Source: Candidatus Latescibacterota bacterium (GTDB taxonomy: Bacteria; Latescibacterota; UBA2968; GCA-2709665). Taken from it: a stretch of DNA of 64,000 nt. Location of the stretch: the NCBI GenBank assembly GCA_965222075.1, contig OZ244937.1, positions 2,720,001-2,784,000 on the forward strand. The letters are read 5' to 3'. Under the pieces are notes generated by a model. That model was not told the origin of the DNA. It was given only the letters and a program-made list of their open reading frames with translations, and did not search any database. Numbering within the stretch: the first letter of the stretch is position 1; every line of letters starts with the position of its first letter. The translations under genes were made by a program, and so were the position numbers. This document shows, piece by piece, positions 27,653 through 37,027 of this stretch.

Positions 27653-29959
27653 ATGACCGACTTCTACGACCACAACCAGGTCCTCCATCTCGTCCGCCAC
27701 GGCGTCACAGTCAACACCTCCGACGCCTACACCCTCTGGATCTGGGCCAAAGAGGGCAGCCACATCCGGACGACCTTTGCGGGCCGTACGTTTCCACCAA
27801 CCCATACCCGCAGCCGGTCCGGTCTCTTCACCTGGGCCAGGGCCGGCCGGGTCAATCTGGAAAAGGGCCTGCATATCCGGATCGACCTTAAAGCCGACAA
27901 AGCCGCAGACCCGTCCCCGGTCAGCGCCGTCGCCCTCTCCTCCAGCAGGAACTTCAACCCGGCCCGCAGTTTCGAGGTCTCCCGCGTCTTCCACACAGAA
28001 CCCGATCCCCTGCCGGACGCCCGTCTGGCCGAATCTCGCCACGTGCATACCCCCTGGACCCTGCGCACCTATCCGACCCTTGAGAAATGGGAAGCCAGAG
28101 CCGCCCACATCCGGCAACACATCCTCGTCGCCCTGGGCCTCTATCCACTCCCGGAAAAGACACTGCTCAAACCCCGGATCAGCGGCCGTATCGAACGCGA
28201 GGGGTACACCGTCGAAAAGGCCTACTTTGAATCCCTCCCCGGATTCTTCGTCTGCGGTAACCTCTACCGGCCCCTCGGCCAAAAAGGGTCCACCCCCGGC
28301 ATCGTCTGTCCGCATGGCCACTGGAAAACCGGCCGCCTTGAAAACTCGGACCTGGGATCGATCCCCGGCCGCTGCATCAACCTCGCCCGCCAGGGGCACG
28401 CCGTCTTCTCTTACGACATGGTCGGCTACAACGACAGCGACCAGATCGTCCACCGGAGCTTCGGCGGTCTTGTGGAGGACCTCTGGGGCATCGGCGTGAT
28501 GGGCCTCCAGCTCTGGAACGCCATCCGGGCGGTTGACTTCCTCTGCTCCCTGGACGGTGTGGACCCCGACCGCATCGGCTGCACCGGCGCCTCCGGCGGC
28601 GGCACCCAGACCTTCATGCTCACCGCCGTGGACGATCGTGTAAAGGTCGCTGCTCCCGTCAACATGGTCTCCGCCCACATGCAGGGCGGATGCAACTGCG
28701 AAAACCAGGGCGGCCTCCGCTTAGAGGTCAACAACGTCGAAATCGCCTCGATCATGGCCCCCCGGCCCCTCTTCCTCGTCTCCGCGTCGGGCGATTGGAC
28801 CGCCAACACCCCGGAACTCGAATACCCCGCGATTAAAGACATCTACCGCCTCTACAACGCCGAAGATAAGGTCGCGGCCGCACAGGTAGATGCCCCCCAC
28901 AACTACAACAGGGAAAGCCGCGAACACATCTACGCCTGGTTCGGCAAATGGCTGCTGGGCATCCACGATCCCAAACGCTTCCGCGAACGGGGCTTCGCTG
29001 CCGAAAAAGACGGCGACCTCCTCGTCTTCCACAATCGCAAACGCCCCGCCTACGCCTTAGACGCCGGCGGGCTGACCCGCGCCCTCATCGCTCGCTCCGA
29101 GGCCCGGCTCAACGCACTCAGACCTGAGGACCGCACGTCCCTTCTCCGCTTCAAGAAAAAGATGGGGGCTGCGTTCAAACACGCCATCTCGGCGGACTGC
29201 CCGGATACGCTTTCCGTCCGGGACATGGGCCGTACCAAACGTGATGCGTACATCATCCGGCGCCTCCTGCTCGGCCGGCAGGGCCACGGAGATCGCATCC
29301 CGGCGCTCCTGTTCACTCCCCGCACCCGCAGGAAAAGATCCCCCGCGACCCTCGTCGTCCATCCCGAGGGCAAGGCCGCCTTGGCCGATCTTTGTATCCC
29401 CGGCCCCATCATCTCCGACCTCCTGAAACACGGCCACCTCGTCCTGGCGATCGACACCTTCCTCACCGGGGAGTTCCACTCCTCCTTTGGCCAGCCGGCG
29501 CGCAACACCGATGTCCCCCACTTTACCACCTACAACCCGACCGACGCTGCCTGCCGGGTGCAGGACATTCTCACCGCCCTGGCCTACCTTCGATCGCATT
29601 CCGAAGCGAAAACCTGCAACCTGCTCGGCCTCGGTGCCGCCGGCCCCTGGTGCCTCCTGGCCCGCGCCCTGGCCCCCAACGTCGCCCGCACCGCCGTTGA
29701 CCTCAACCGCTTCGCAGCCGACAGCGACGCCCGCTGGGTCGCAGACCTCTTCATCCCCGGCATCCGAAGCGCGGGCGACTTCCGGACCGCCTGCGCATTG
29801 ATCGCGCCCGGCCGCCTCCTGATCCACAACACAGGCAAGCGTTTCCCACTCGACCGGCTCCAGGCTGCCTACCGGGCCGCCGGTGTGAAAGACGCGCTCC
29901 GGATCTCGGAACAGCGGCTAAACAGGTCGGACATCCTCAGCTGGCTGCTTGGAAAATAA
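27653..29959 (+). CDS. Alpha/beta hydrolase (acetylxylan esterase-like) with a duplicated hydrolase domain
   Basis: YFESLPGFFVCGNLYRP, CPHGHW, RIGCTGASGGGTQT nucleophile, APRPL, PHNY. The second domain is degenerate (LLGLGAAG). Confidence 0.82.
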   Translation: MTDFYDHNQVLHLVRHGVTVNTSDAYTLWIWAKEGSHIRTTFAGRTFPPTHTRSRSGLFTWARAGRVNLEKGLHIRIDLKADKAADPSPVSAVALSSSRNFNPARSFEVSRVFHTEPDPLPDARLAESRHVHTPWTLRTYPTLEKWEARAAHIRQHILVALGLYPLPEKTLLKPRISGRIEREGYTVEKAYFESLPGFFVCGNLYRPLGQKGSTPGIVCPHGHWKTGRLENSDLGSIPGRCINLARQGHAVFSYDMVGYNDSDQIVHRSFGGLVEDLWGIGVMGLQLWNAIRAVDFLCSLDGVDPDRIGCTGASGGGTQTFMLTAVDDRVKVAAPVNMVSAHMQGGCNCENQGGLRLEVNNVEIASIMAPRPLFLVSASGDWTANTPELEYPAIKDIYRLYNAEDKVAAAQVDAPHNYNRESREHIYAWFGKWLLGIHDPKRFRERGFAAEKDGDLLVFHNRKRPAYALDAGGLTRALIARSEARLNALRPEDRTSLLRFKKKMGAAFKHAISADCPDTLSVRDMGRTKRDAYIIRRLLLGRQGHGDRIPALLFTPRTRRKRSPATLVVHPEGKAALADLCIPGPIISDLLKHGHLVLAIDTFLTGEFHSSFGQPARNTDVPHFTTYNPTDAACRVQDILTALAYLRSHSEAKTCNLLGLGAAGPWCLLARALAPNVARTAVDLNRFAADSDARWVADLFIPGIRSAGDFRTACALIAPGRLLIHNTGKRFPLDRLQAAYRAAGVKDALRISEQRLNRSDILSWLLGK

Positions 29960-29966
29960 GAGCGGA

Positions 29967-29991
29967 CCTGTCTGCCGGCGGCACAGGCAGG
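29967..29991. repeat. Intergenic copy of the CCTG..CAGG palindromic mini-element
   Basis: CCTGTCTGCCGGCGGCACAGGCAGG, just after the esterase stop. Confidence 0.65.
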
Positions 29992-30016
29992 TCGGCCCGG
30001 GCCCTTCGGGCTTCAA

Positions 30017-30039
30017 GTAGCACAAACTGTCAGTTTGTG
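30017..30039 (+). repeat. GTAG-type REP-like palindrome
   Basis: GTAG-CACAAACTG-T-CAGTTTGTG. A related copy GTAGCGCAAACCGGCAGTTTGC lies at 39274-39295. Confidence 0.55.
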
Positions 30040-30100
30040 TGAGGGTAAGGGAGGGGATTTGGAGGCAGGTTGCATGATCACCGCCCCTTGCCACCATTCC

Positions 30101-30464
30101 GTTCTTTTGCTTTTGGCCTTTTTCTTGCACGCCCAAGAAAAAGGCCGAAAAAGAAGGGCGCCGCTCAAACGCCGCGGGGGCTGCTTTTCCGCGAATTGCC
30201 CCTGGGGTGGAAGCGAGAGCCGTGCCGGGCACGGCACAGGCAGGTCTGCCCTGCGAGCGCTTGGGGATTCACGCGGCGAAGGCGGTGGACGGAAACGCGC
30301 GGAAAAGCCCCTTCCCCCCCCGCACCAGACCGGGGGAGTCGGCAAGGCAGGGGCGCCAGCCCGAAACCTGCGCGGAAAAGCCCCTTCTCCCGGCCCCGAA
30401 GGCGGGGGAGGCGAGACCTTTTCGCTCGCGCCTGGGAACTCATCAGGAATTTTAAAACAACTTC
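30101..30464. repeat. Dispersed intergenic repeat, copy 2, ending in a MITE/IS5-type right end
   Basis: 30101-30316 matches 8696-8890. The last ~50 bp (CCTTTTCGCTCGCG..CAGGAATTTTAAAACAACTTC) match the right end of the MITE at 57686-57873. Confidence 0.8.
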
Positions 30465-30595
30465 TGACACATTTCTTGACTCTCTTCCGGATGTGGGTAT
30501 ATTTTAATACGGTACCTGGCTTAACCGCTTGCTGTACCGCTCATCTCGAGTAGCTCCGGGGGGGCATACCCGGAGACACGGAAAGGGGGATCTGT

Positions 30596-31228
30596 ATGTG
30601 TCGGCTTATTGGATCGCTCACGCCGCTTTTCCTGCTCTGCACCCTCACCGGCTGCTACACCCAGCTTCGGGCCCCTGAGCCGTCCCGTTCGGACGCGCCC
30701 GTCCCGCCCGCAGTGCAGGAGCACCTCCCGCCCCTGCCGGACCGGCTCCATGGGTCTCTCTACTCTGGCCTCCTCCCGGCGCGGTTCTACGATCCCTGGG
30801 ACGCCCTCCCCTACCATACCTATTACAATCCCTGGACCGGCCGGCTCACCTTTCCCTCCTCCCACGATCTCATACGGACGTCCCACGGGTGGTACCTCAG
30901 GATAGGCAATCTCTTTTACAATCCCCACCCCAACCGGTGGACCAACCGTGTGCTCCCCATCGCCCCGAGACCCCGCATTCGCCGCCTGGCAGGCGAATTG
31001 CATCCAGAGGATTTAAACCCCGTCGCCCCGAGACCCCGCATTCGCCGCCGTGGATTTGGACCGGAGATCTCTTCTGCTTCGGCTGTGCGAGGGCAAAATG
31101 CCGTGACCTCCCCAAAAGAGTCAAAACCGTCTGAGGGAAAGCAGCCGGAGAAGAAAAAGAAACCGTCTGAGGAAGAGAAACGGGAGAAGAAGCGGAAGAA
31201 AAATCGCCGGAGGGGAGGGATGAACTGA
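30596..31228 (+). CDS. Hypothetical lipoprotein
   Basis: Lipobox LTGC followed by YTQL, a Y/W/P-rich middle and a basic tail. An internal 27-bp direct repeat lies at 30960 and 31023. Translationally coupled to the downstream OMP. Confidence 0.65.
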   Translation: MCRLIGSLTPLFLLCTLTGCYTQLRAPEPSRSDAPVPPAVQEHLPPLPDRLHGSLYSGLLPARFYDPWDALPYHTYYNPWTGRLTFPSSHDLIRTSHGWYLRIGNLFYNPHPNRWTNRVLPIAPRPRIRRLAGELHPEDLNPVAPRPRIRRRGFGPEISSASAVRGQNAVTSPKESKPSEGKQPEKKKKPSEEEKREKKRKKNRRRGGMN

Positions 31229-32493
31229 TGCGACGCCTCAACAGCGTCGCCTTCACCTTCCTGAGCCTCGCCTGTGGGTGCCCTCTCTCCGCGCAGGAGG
31301 TCGTCCTGGACAGCTTCGCGGGCCTGGGGGCCCGGGCGATGGGCATGGGAGGCGCGTACACGGCGCTGTCCAACGACTTTTCCGGCCTCTTCTGGAACCC
31401 CGCCGGGCTGGCGAGAATCCAGAAGAAGGAGATCTACACCGCCCTCTCGCACGAGAACTTCCGGAATCAGACACAGTTCTTCGGCACGCCCGCAGCGGAC
31501 CGGCTCTCCAGCACCCGGCTGAACGCGGTTGGAGCGACCTATCCCTATCCTGTCTACCGGGGCAGCCTGGTATTTGCCGGAGGCTACGGACGCACCGGAA
31601 GTTTTGACTCAGGGCTGAAGATAGAAGGCTACGATACCATTTCGCAGTTCGAAAAATCGGGCATCTCCGAAGACCGGGGAGGGCTGGGCGCCTTCGTCCT
31701 GGGAGGCGCGGTGGACGTGGCGCCAAACACCTCACTCGGCCTGTCTCTCCAGGCCTGGCGGGGCAGCGACCGGTTCCGCCAGGAACTCACCCTGCGGGAC
31801 ACGGAGGATGCCCACGGCGACACAATCCGTCTCTACCAGCGGTTTACCTTTACAGACCGCTACACCGCCTGGGGGGGGCGGGCAGGCCTGCTCTACCTGC
31901 ACCCGTCCGGAATGCGGGTCGGGGTATCCATCTCTTCGCCGATCATCTTTCAGGTGCGCTCCGAACTGGAGGACGAATTTGAAGACGAGCTGGAGGGGGG
32001 CACGGAAAGCTACCCCCCCGAAGGCTTTTCCGACCGCTATTCGCTACGCTACCCATTTGCGTTCGACCTGGGCATGGCCTGGTCCGGCCGGGGACTCACC
32101 TTAGCGGGCGACCTTCAGTATGCCGACCTCCAGCAGGTCACCTACCGGGAACTGCCGGACGTGATCTCCCCCCACGTGGAAAGCTTCCAGAACCAGTACC
32201 GAAACACCTTCCGCTACCACCTGGGCGCCGAATATCGAACCCCGCAGGGGGTGTTGGCCCTGCGGGCGGGCTACTACCGCGACCCGGTCCGCTATGTGGG
32301 AGGGCAGGGCCAGCCCACGGTTCAGGTAGAGGAAGGCCGGGACGTTCTGACCTTTGGTCTGGGCACCCTCCTGGAAAAAACCGTCGCCCTCGACCTGGCC
32401 GTCGCAGTGGGCGGCCACCGCCAGGTGGAAGGCAACCGCCAGGACCACATCCGCACGGTGCGGCTGTTCGCATCCATGGGATGCCGGTTCTGA
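31228..32493 (+). CDS. OmpP1/FadL-like outer membrane beta-barrel protein
   Basis: GARAMGMGGAYTALSNDFSGLFWNPAGLA, YHLGAEY..LRAGYY, C-terminal F. Confidence 0.82.
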   Translation: MRRLNSVAFTFLSLACGCPLSAQEVVLDSFAGLGARAMGMGGAYTALSNDFSGLFWNPAGLARIQKKEIYTALSHENFRNQTQFFGTPAADRLSSTRLNAVGATYPYPVYRGSLVFAGGYGRTGSFDSGLKIEGYDTISQFEKSGISEDRGGLGAFVLGGAVDVAPNTSLGLSLQAWRGSDRFRQELTLRDTEDAHGDTIRLYQRFTFTDRYTAWGGRAGLLYLHPSGMRVGVSISSPIIFQVRSELEDEFEDELEGGTESYPPEGFSDRYSLRYPFAFDLGMAWSGRGLTLAGDLQYADLQQVTYRELPDVISPHVESFQNQYRNTFRYHLGAEYRTPQGVLALRAGYYRDPVRYVGGQGQPTVQVEEGRDVLTFGLGTLLEKTVALDLAVAVGGHRQVEGNRQDHIRTVRLFASMGCRF

Positions 32494-32690
32494 AATACCG
32501 GTCGAAAGTGTCGTATCCTATCCTTGAACAGGAGTTGTTGAGAATCGAGTCCTACATTTGCTGAATATCCAGGGTGATTTTGTTGAGGACCCAACAGGTT
32601 TCCTCTACAAGAAGACCCAAAACGCAGGGCTTGTCCGTCGGCGATGTGCGATCTCCAGGGCAGGCCCCTCTGCGTAGTAGGAAAGAAACC

Positions 32691-34298
32691 ATGCGTAAGC
32701 TGCTGCTTCATCTGGCCTGTTGGTTCGGCTCGGCACGTACCTCGATCTTCGCAATCCTGTCCATCGCCCTTTGGATTCACCCGCTGTCTCTTTCCTCAGT
32801 CAATATTGCGCTGCAACCAGGTCCTTCTCCCGACTTTGACCGCGATGTGCTGGTGGCGCTGTACAATGCGACCGATGGGGACAATTGGACGAACAGGACA
32901 AATTGGCTGACTGACAACGACCTTTCGACCTGGCATGGCGTCACGGTTTTAAACGGTCGGGTCACGTCCCTGAACCTGGAAGAAAACAATCTGACGGGCG
33001 AGATCCCGCCCCAATTGGGCAACCTGACCAGCCTTGACAGCCTGCGTCTTGTCAGGAATAAATTGAGTGGCACGATCCCGCCCCAATTGGGCAACCTGTC
33101 CAAACTTACGGTGCTGGATCTCTGGGGCAATCAGCTGCGTGGTCCGATTCCTGTGGAATTGGGCAACCTGGCCAACCTTGAGGTGCTGAAGCTCAGCGGC
33201 AATAGGTTGGGTGGGGGTATTCCGTCCTTCCTGGGCAACATGGCCAACCTCAGGGCGCTGAGTCTTGGCTACAATGGGTTGGGTGGGAGTATTCCGTCCT
33301 TCCTGGGCAACTTGACCAACCTTGAGTGGCTGGATCTTGCCAACAATGGGTTGGGTGGGAGTATTCCGTCCTTCCTGGGCAACTTGACCAACCTTAAGGG
33401 GCTGTTTCTTGGCTACAATGCGTTGAGCGGCAAGATCCTACCCGAATTGGGAAAACTATCCAACCTTGAGAAGCTGTTTCTTGGCTACAATGCGTTGAGT
33501 GGCAAGATCCCACCCGAATTGGGAAAACTATCCAACCTGACGTGGCTGTTTCTTAAAAGAAATAAGTTGAAGGGCGCAATTCCTGTGGAATTGGCCGAAC
33601 TATCCAACCTTGAATGGCTGTATCTTACCAGCAATCAGTTGAGTGGCAAAATCCCGGCCGAACTGGCCAAACTATCCAACCTGAAGCGGCTGGGTCTTAC
33701 CAACAATAAGTTGAAGGGCAAGATCCCGGCCGAATTGGCCAACCTGTCCAACCTGAAGCGGCTGGCTCTTGCCAACAATAAGTTGAGTGGTCCGATTCCC
33801 GTGGAATTGGCCGAACTATCCAACCTTGAGTGGCTGTTTCTTAACAGCAATAAGTTGAGTGGTCCGATTCCCGTGGAATTGGGAAAACTATCCAACCTGA
33901 AGTGGCTGACGCTTAACAACAATAGGTTGAGCGGCAAAATCCCGGCCGAACTGGCCAAACTATCCAACCTGACGCGGCTGGCTCTTCACGAGAATAAGTT
34001 GAAGGGCACGATCCCGGCCGAACTGGCCAAACTATCCAACCTGACGCGGCTGGCTCTTCACGAGAATAAGTTGAAGGGCACGATCCCGGCCGAACTGGCC
34101 AACCTGGCCAACCTCACTCACCTGTGGCTTGGCCAGAATCAGTTGAGTGGTACGCTTCCTCAGAGCCTGACAAGGCTGACGAAGCTGGAGAAATTTCACT
34201 TTGGGGGCAAGGGGGGGCTATGCGCGCCGCCTGATGCGGCCTTTCAGGCGTGGCTTCAGGGCATTAGAATTGTCCAGGGCCCGACTTGCTGGAGATAG
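32691..34298 (+). CDS. Secreted leucine-rich repeat protein (plant-specific-type 24-aa LRRs)
   Basis: Cap DRDVLVALYNATDGDNW..W..WHGV, 17 repeats of LxxLxLxxNxLxGxIPxxLxxL, C-cap LCAPPDAAFQAWL..GPTC. Confidence 0.9.
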   Translation: MRKLLLHLACWFGSARTSIFAILSIALWIHPLSLSSVNIALQPGPSPDFDRDVLVALYNATDGDNWTNRTNWLTDNDLSTWHGVTVLNGRVTSLNLEENNLTGEIPPQLGNLTSLDSLRLVRNKLSGTIPPQLGNLSKLTVLDLWGNQLRGPIPVELGNLANLEVLKLSGNRLGGGIPSFLGNMANLRALSLGYNGLGGSIPSFLGNLTNLEWLDLANNGLGGSIPSFLGNLTNLKGLFLGYNALSGKILPELGKLSNLEKLFLGYNALSGKIPPELGKLSNLTWLFLKRNKLKGAIPVELAELSNLEWLYLTSNQLSGKIPAELAKLSNLKRLGLTNNKLKGKIPAELANLSNLKRLALANNKLSGPIPVELAELSNLEWLFLNSNKLSGPIPVELGKLSNLKWLTLNNNRLSGKIPAELAKLSNLTRLALHENKLKGTIPAELAKLSNLTRLALHENKLKGTIPAELANLANLTHLWLGQNQLSGTLPQSLTRLTKLEKFHFGGKGGLCAPPDAAFQAWLQGIRIVQGPTCWR

Positions 34299-34516
34299 GC
34301 GTCGCTCGGGCGGATTACAAACCGTTAGCCTGACTCCGCGTGTCAAACGGTCGGGTTCAGCTTCTATCTTTCTCAGCAGGGAACTGCATGAAGATATTTG
34401 ACCAAAAACCTGGAGACCGGATAAAAACTACAAAAAATATAGAAGGTGAAGAGTACCTCCTTCAGACGTCTATATCCATCAAAATCATAGTGGCCATCTA
34501 CTGGCCTTAAGAGGCA

Positions 34517-36904
34517 ATGATGCTGCGTAACTATCTGATTGTGGCGATTCGGAATCTGCTGAAGAATAGAGTCTTGTCCATGATCAACATTCTTGGGCTG
34601 GGAGCGAGCATGTCGATTTGCATGCTGATCATCTTGTTCGTGTCATACCAGCAGTCGTCGGACGCGTGGCACAAGAAGGCAGATCGTATCTACCGCATCA
34701 CCTGCGACTATAGTTCGCTTGCTGGTAGTATTCGCCCCTTCGCAACGACACCTGCGAGCCTTGCTCCGCTGCTGCAAGAGGCCTACCCGGAGGTGGAGGT
34801 GGCTACACGGGTACGCATCTTCCGCGGCTCGGCGGGCCCTCGCGGCGAGCAGATCGACGTGTCCGGCCTTTATGCCGAGCCGTCGTTTTTCGAGGTATTC
34901 GACTTCACGCTCGCGGAAGGGGATGCCGCCACCTCGCTTTCCGAGCCCAATTCCATCCTGCTTTCGCGGCACCAGGCGGTCGCATTCTTTGGCGATTCCA
35001 GTCCGCTGGGCAAGACAGTGACGATCGGACAAACGCCATACACGGTAAAGGGCGTCCTGGCCGATCAGGCAGGGCCCAGTTATCTGCGGTTTCAGGTTCT
35101 GGTGTCGTTCGCGACCCTGGCATCGTCCAACCGACGGGCCCCGTACTGGTACGAAGACATGAACGACACATACACCTTCCTGGTCCTGCGAGAGGGTAGC
35201 CGCCCCCCGGCTCTGGAAGCGCACCTGATGCAGATCATCCGTGACCACTATCCTCCCAGGATGAACTCACGGCTGGAGAGGGCGTATGTCCAATTGTTGA
35301 CCGACATCAGCCTGGGCGTCATGATGGTTAACCAGCTTAGCTGGATCGTTCCGGGCTCGGTTGTCTATTTTGTGAGTGTCCTGGCCATCCTGACACTGGC
35401 GGTGGCGTGCTACAATTACACCAACCTGACGGTGGCCAGGGCAATGGCACGGGCGCAAGAGGTGGCGATTCGGAAAGTGGTAGGTGCATATCGGGGACAG
35501 ATCGCCTGCCAGATCTTGATAGAGTCGATTCTAACGGCACTGCTGGGAATGGTCCTTGCCTCATTGCTGCTCTTATGGCTCATCCCCAGTTTCAATGCGT
35601 TGTTCTTTACATCGCTTTTTCCATCGGCCCGCATCAGGATCGGCGTTCTCGAACACGGGACGGTCTATCTCAAGCTCCTCGGCTTCAGCGCAGGGGTAGG
35701 ACTTCTCGCGGGCACCTACCCTGCACTTCGTCTTTCCCGATTCGTCCCAGCCCTGGTCTTGAAGGGAGGACGTTTCACGAAGGGTCGGGCCTGGTCATTC
35801 AAACAGGTGCTTGTGATGGGGCAGCTTGGATTGTCGCTATTCTTCGTCCTCTCGACCCTGTTCGTATACCAGCAGTTCCGCTACCTGGTGTCGTCCGACT
35901 ATGGATTCGATCACGAAAATATCGTGAACGTGAGGCTTCAGGGGGTGCGCTACGACGTGTTCCGGCAGGCGATGGAGCAGTCGCCTGCGGTGGAGCACAT
36001 TTCAGGCGCCTCGCAGCTCCTGATGCAGGGGGAGCAGGAGCCAGTCCTGGTGAAGGTCGGCGGGGGAAACCCTCAGACGATCAACCAGTTGAAGGTGGAC
36101 CGCAATTTTGTTACGAACCTGAAGCTCAAGTTGCTTGCAGGCCGCAATTTCGATCAGCCATCGGAGATCCACACCGGCGCGCTTCTGAATAGCACCGCTG
36201 CTCGGCGTCTGGGGCTTGGGGACGGGGAGCAGGCGATAGGCCGAATCCTGACCGTGGGGAAGAGCACTGAACTCACCGTCGTGGGGATTCTGGACGACTT
36301 CCAGACATACGGCATGGGCACGGACTTCGATCCGATCATCCTGCGCTGGGACCCGGCGGGCATAAATTGGGCGAACGTGCGAGTGTTACCAGGCCAGATG
36401 TCTCAGGCGGTTGCGGACCTCGAACGGATCTGGCCGAAGCTTGGAAGCCCATGGAAAGTGGAGCATGCTCCGTTCACGACGCAAATCCGTGCAGGAATGC
36501 TCGGCGGGTTCTATTCAGACGCATTGCGCATCATTGCTCTGATCGCCACTTTCGTGGTGCTCCTGGCCTTGCTCGGAGTCCTGGGAATGGCGATTCACAC
36601 GACGGAAACGCAGGTCAAAGAAGTCGCCATACGCAAGGTTCTGGGAGCGAGTCCCTGGCAGATCGCAGTGCTGCTATCAAAGGGCTTCTTGATAATGTTT
36701 GCCCTGGCGGCCCTGCTGTCGGCGCCCGCGGCATGGTTCGCAAACCACCTCTGGCTCAACCAGTTCCCCTTCCGGGTCACGATGAACCCGTGGCTGTTCG
36801 GCAGCGCTGTTGCCGCGATGATGGCGATTATTCTCGCGGTGGTTGGGTCGCAGACGCTTCGCGCGGCGACTTCGGACCCGGTAAAGGCGCTCAGGAACCA
36901 GTGA
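34517..36904 (+). CDS. ABC transporter permease (MacB/FtsX family, duplicated)
   Basis: NYLIVAIRNL..INILGL, RAQEVAIRKVVGA, KEVAIRKVLGAS, AATSDPVKALR. Confidence 0.9.
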   Translation: MMLRNYLIVAIRNLLKNRVLSMINILGLGASMSICMLIILFVSYQQSSDAWHKKADRIYRITCDYSSLAGSIRPFATTPASLAPLLQEAYPEVEVATRVRIFRGSAGPRGEQIDVSGLYAEPSFFEVFDFTLAEGDAATSLSEPNSILLSRHQAVAFFGDSSPLGKTVTIGQTPYTVKGVLADQAGPSYLRFQVLVSFATLASSNRRAPYWYEDMNDTYTFLVLREGSRPPALEAHLMQIIRDHYPPRMNSRLERAYVQLLTDISLGVMMVNQLSWIVPGSVVYFVSVLAILTLAVACYNYTNLTVARAMARAQEVAIRKVVGAYRGQIACQILIESILTALLGMVLASLLLLWLIPSFNALFFTSLFPSARIRIGVLEHGTVYLKLLGFSAGVGLLAGTYPALRLSRFVPALVLKGGRFTKGRAWSFKQVLVMGQLGLSLFFVLSTLFVYQQFRYLVSSDYGFDHENIVNVRLQGVRYDVFRQAMEQSPAVEHISGASQLLMQGEQEPVLVKVGGGNPQTINQLKVDRNFVTNLKLKLLAGRNFDQPSEIHTGALLNSTAARRLGLGDGEQAIGRILTVGKSTELTVVGILDDFQTYGMGTDFDPIILRWDPAGINWANVRVLPGQMSQAVADLERIWPKLGSPWKVEHAPFTTQIRAGMLGGFYSDALRIIALIATFVVLLALLGVLGMAIHTTETQVKEVAIRKVLGASPWQIAVLLSKGFLIMFALAALLSAPAAWFANHLWLNQFPFRVTMNPWLFGSAVAAMMAIILAVVGSQTLRAATSDPVKALRNQ

Positions 36905-37027
36905 ACTGCATAGCATCCTGTGAAATTCTCCAGTAACGAGCGTTTTCAGCGCATCATTGATCCTCCAGAAAAGCGAACGATCATGGCATGCTATTTCTGG
37001 GACAGAACACCAGGTCACCGGAGCATA

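Noticed and set aside
27446-28678. Long antisense ORFs (also 37802-39043, 51138-52757, 4697-5875, 3815-4690)
   Set aside because: These are shadow ORFs opposite well-supported genes in GC-rich DNA.
32960-34170. Regularly spaced DNA repeats resembling a CRISPR array
   Set aside because: The period is 72 bp, in frame, and encodes LRR units. There are no unique spacers and no cas genes.
34299-34330. attC-like half sites (GTTAGCC at 34324; also GCATAAC at 26402 and AGCTAAC at 53302)
   Set aside because: Each is only one 7-bp core with no convincing complementary partner, and there is no integron integrase in the window.
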